A stretch of 64,000 nt of DNA from positions 22,712,591-22,776,590 of the forward strand of contig CM119265.1 of NCBI GenBank assembly GCA_051294375.1. Reading direction: 5' to 3'. The notes under the pieces are model-generated. The model made no database searches. It was not told the origin of the DNA and saw nothing but the letters and a program-made list of their open reading frames with translations. Origin of the DNA: Paraspadella gotoi. Lineage: Eukaryota > Animalia > Chaetognatha. Made by a program: the position numbers and the translations under genes. Positions 62,991 through 64,000 of this stretch are shown one piece after another; position 1 is the first letter of the stretch, and every line of letters starts with the position of its first letter.

Positions 62991-64000
62991 TCATGATCGG
63001 ATTGACTTGAAATTACGCCTTCAGAATTACCAAAAGAAAGAAAAACAGTTTTTTGTTTCTCTCGTTGCCAACTTTATTTTTCTTCGTTTGCGACAGAACT
63101 TTTTTTTCTTTCTCTCTCGTTCTTTTTTTTAAAGACTCCCTCTCATCTTATTTTCCTTGTTTGTTTACTAACTCACCAAACGAAAGTTGTATTTTGTCGC
63201 GGAGTTGTTTGCCCAAAGTTTTGCTTCCTTCGATCGACCTTTTATAAACTTTTCTTATTCAACTTCCGGAATGGGATAATTTGGAATGTATTATCTTTCG
63301 TTCCCATGTTGAATAGTTTGAACTTTATAAAGTAACATTCCGACTAGAAAAATAATTAAAAGTGACCTAGTGTTTTTTCTGAATTAAAAATTAAAACCTT
63401 GAATGAATCAATTCATTATATTTTTATTAATATTTGCAATTTCGTACCGAGTTTCCTCTGTTACTCGATAGAATTCTTCCTTTCATTTTTTCGCGCCTAC
63501 GCCCTTACATTAATCTCCACTTTCCAACGCATTCTTTCACAAGTCTCACCCGCCCGCTCACTTGGTTTTTTGTGTTCAGGTTTTCTCTTTTCCTTTTGAA
63601 TTCCTATCTTTTTTTTATTTGCCTTTTTTTTTGAAACTTTTCCAAAAAGAGGAAAACTGAGACTTAGTACGGCTGAAGTAGGTAAAAAGTTTTTAACTTG
63701 AATTGAGAGAGGGAGAGCACGCATCACTGATTTTTTACAACGAAGTTAGTTTTCATTGACTATTTTTCTCTCCACAGTTAAAAAAAAATATTTGAAAAAT
63801 CTGAAAAATCTTTTTTCTTTTCATGATAATAATGTCGTATATTTGCATAGAGCTTTTATTGGCGTAAAAATGGTATTTTTTCGATATCCGTCCAATGATT
63901 GTCGTTGTGACTTTTTACAACACATCATTTTTTATTGCATTACTTTATAGCAACGTAATTTTTATTTCTTATACAGGCAAATGAAAGTTAAACCAAATGT

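Noticed and set aside
63870-63950. 26-codon ORF ending in CITL-stop (CaaX-like, a possible prenylated peptide)
   Set aside because: It lies in AT-rich intron- or outron-like sequence with no coding-style codon usage; one such ending is expected by chance among many short ORFs.

Overview
Compact animal (metazoan) genomic DNA with GC/CpG-rich exons and mostly short AT-rich introns (about 50-200 bp). I can reconstruct 17 consecutive host protein-coding genes, all on the + strand: VPS13D (3' part), TRNAU1AP, a 4-finger C2H2 protein, MRPS31, ZMPSTE24/STE24, CHCHD2, P4HA, ILF2, HMGCS, DEF8, an intronless ABCB1-type transporter, GMF, PLA2G6, KATNIP, FCF1, a divergent three-RRM PTB paralogue and RNF32. 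Stop-to-ATG spacers are only about 170-910 bp, and most ATGs are preceded by an apparently unpaired pyrimidine tract ending in AG. This pattern suggests a very long spliced-leader trans-spliced operon. Transposons are concentrated in two places. A 713-bp hAT-type MITE with an 8-bp TSD sits between MRPS31 and ZMPSTE24; removing it leaves an 82-bp spacer. One 10-kb ZMPSTE24 intron holds a full-length DIRS tyrosine-recombinase retrotransposon whose ICR lies at the 5' end rather than the usual 3' position, DINE-1/HINE-like elements, an LTR RT/RNaseH remnant and an assembly gap. Splice signals look relaxed: GT donors are degenerate, there are two GC donors, and AAG acceptors are frequent. Gene identities come from remembered protein motifs, and exon boundaries were read by eye. 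No database searches were run.
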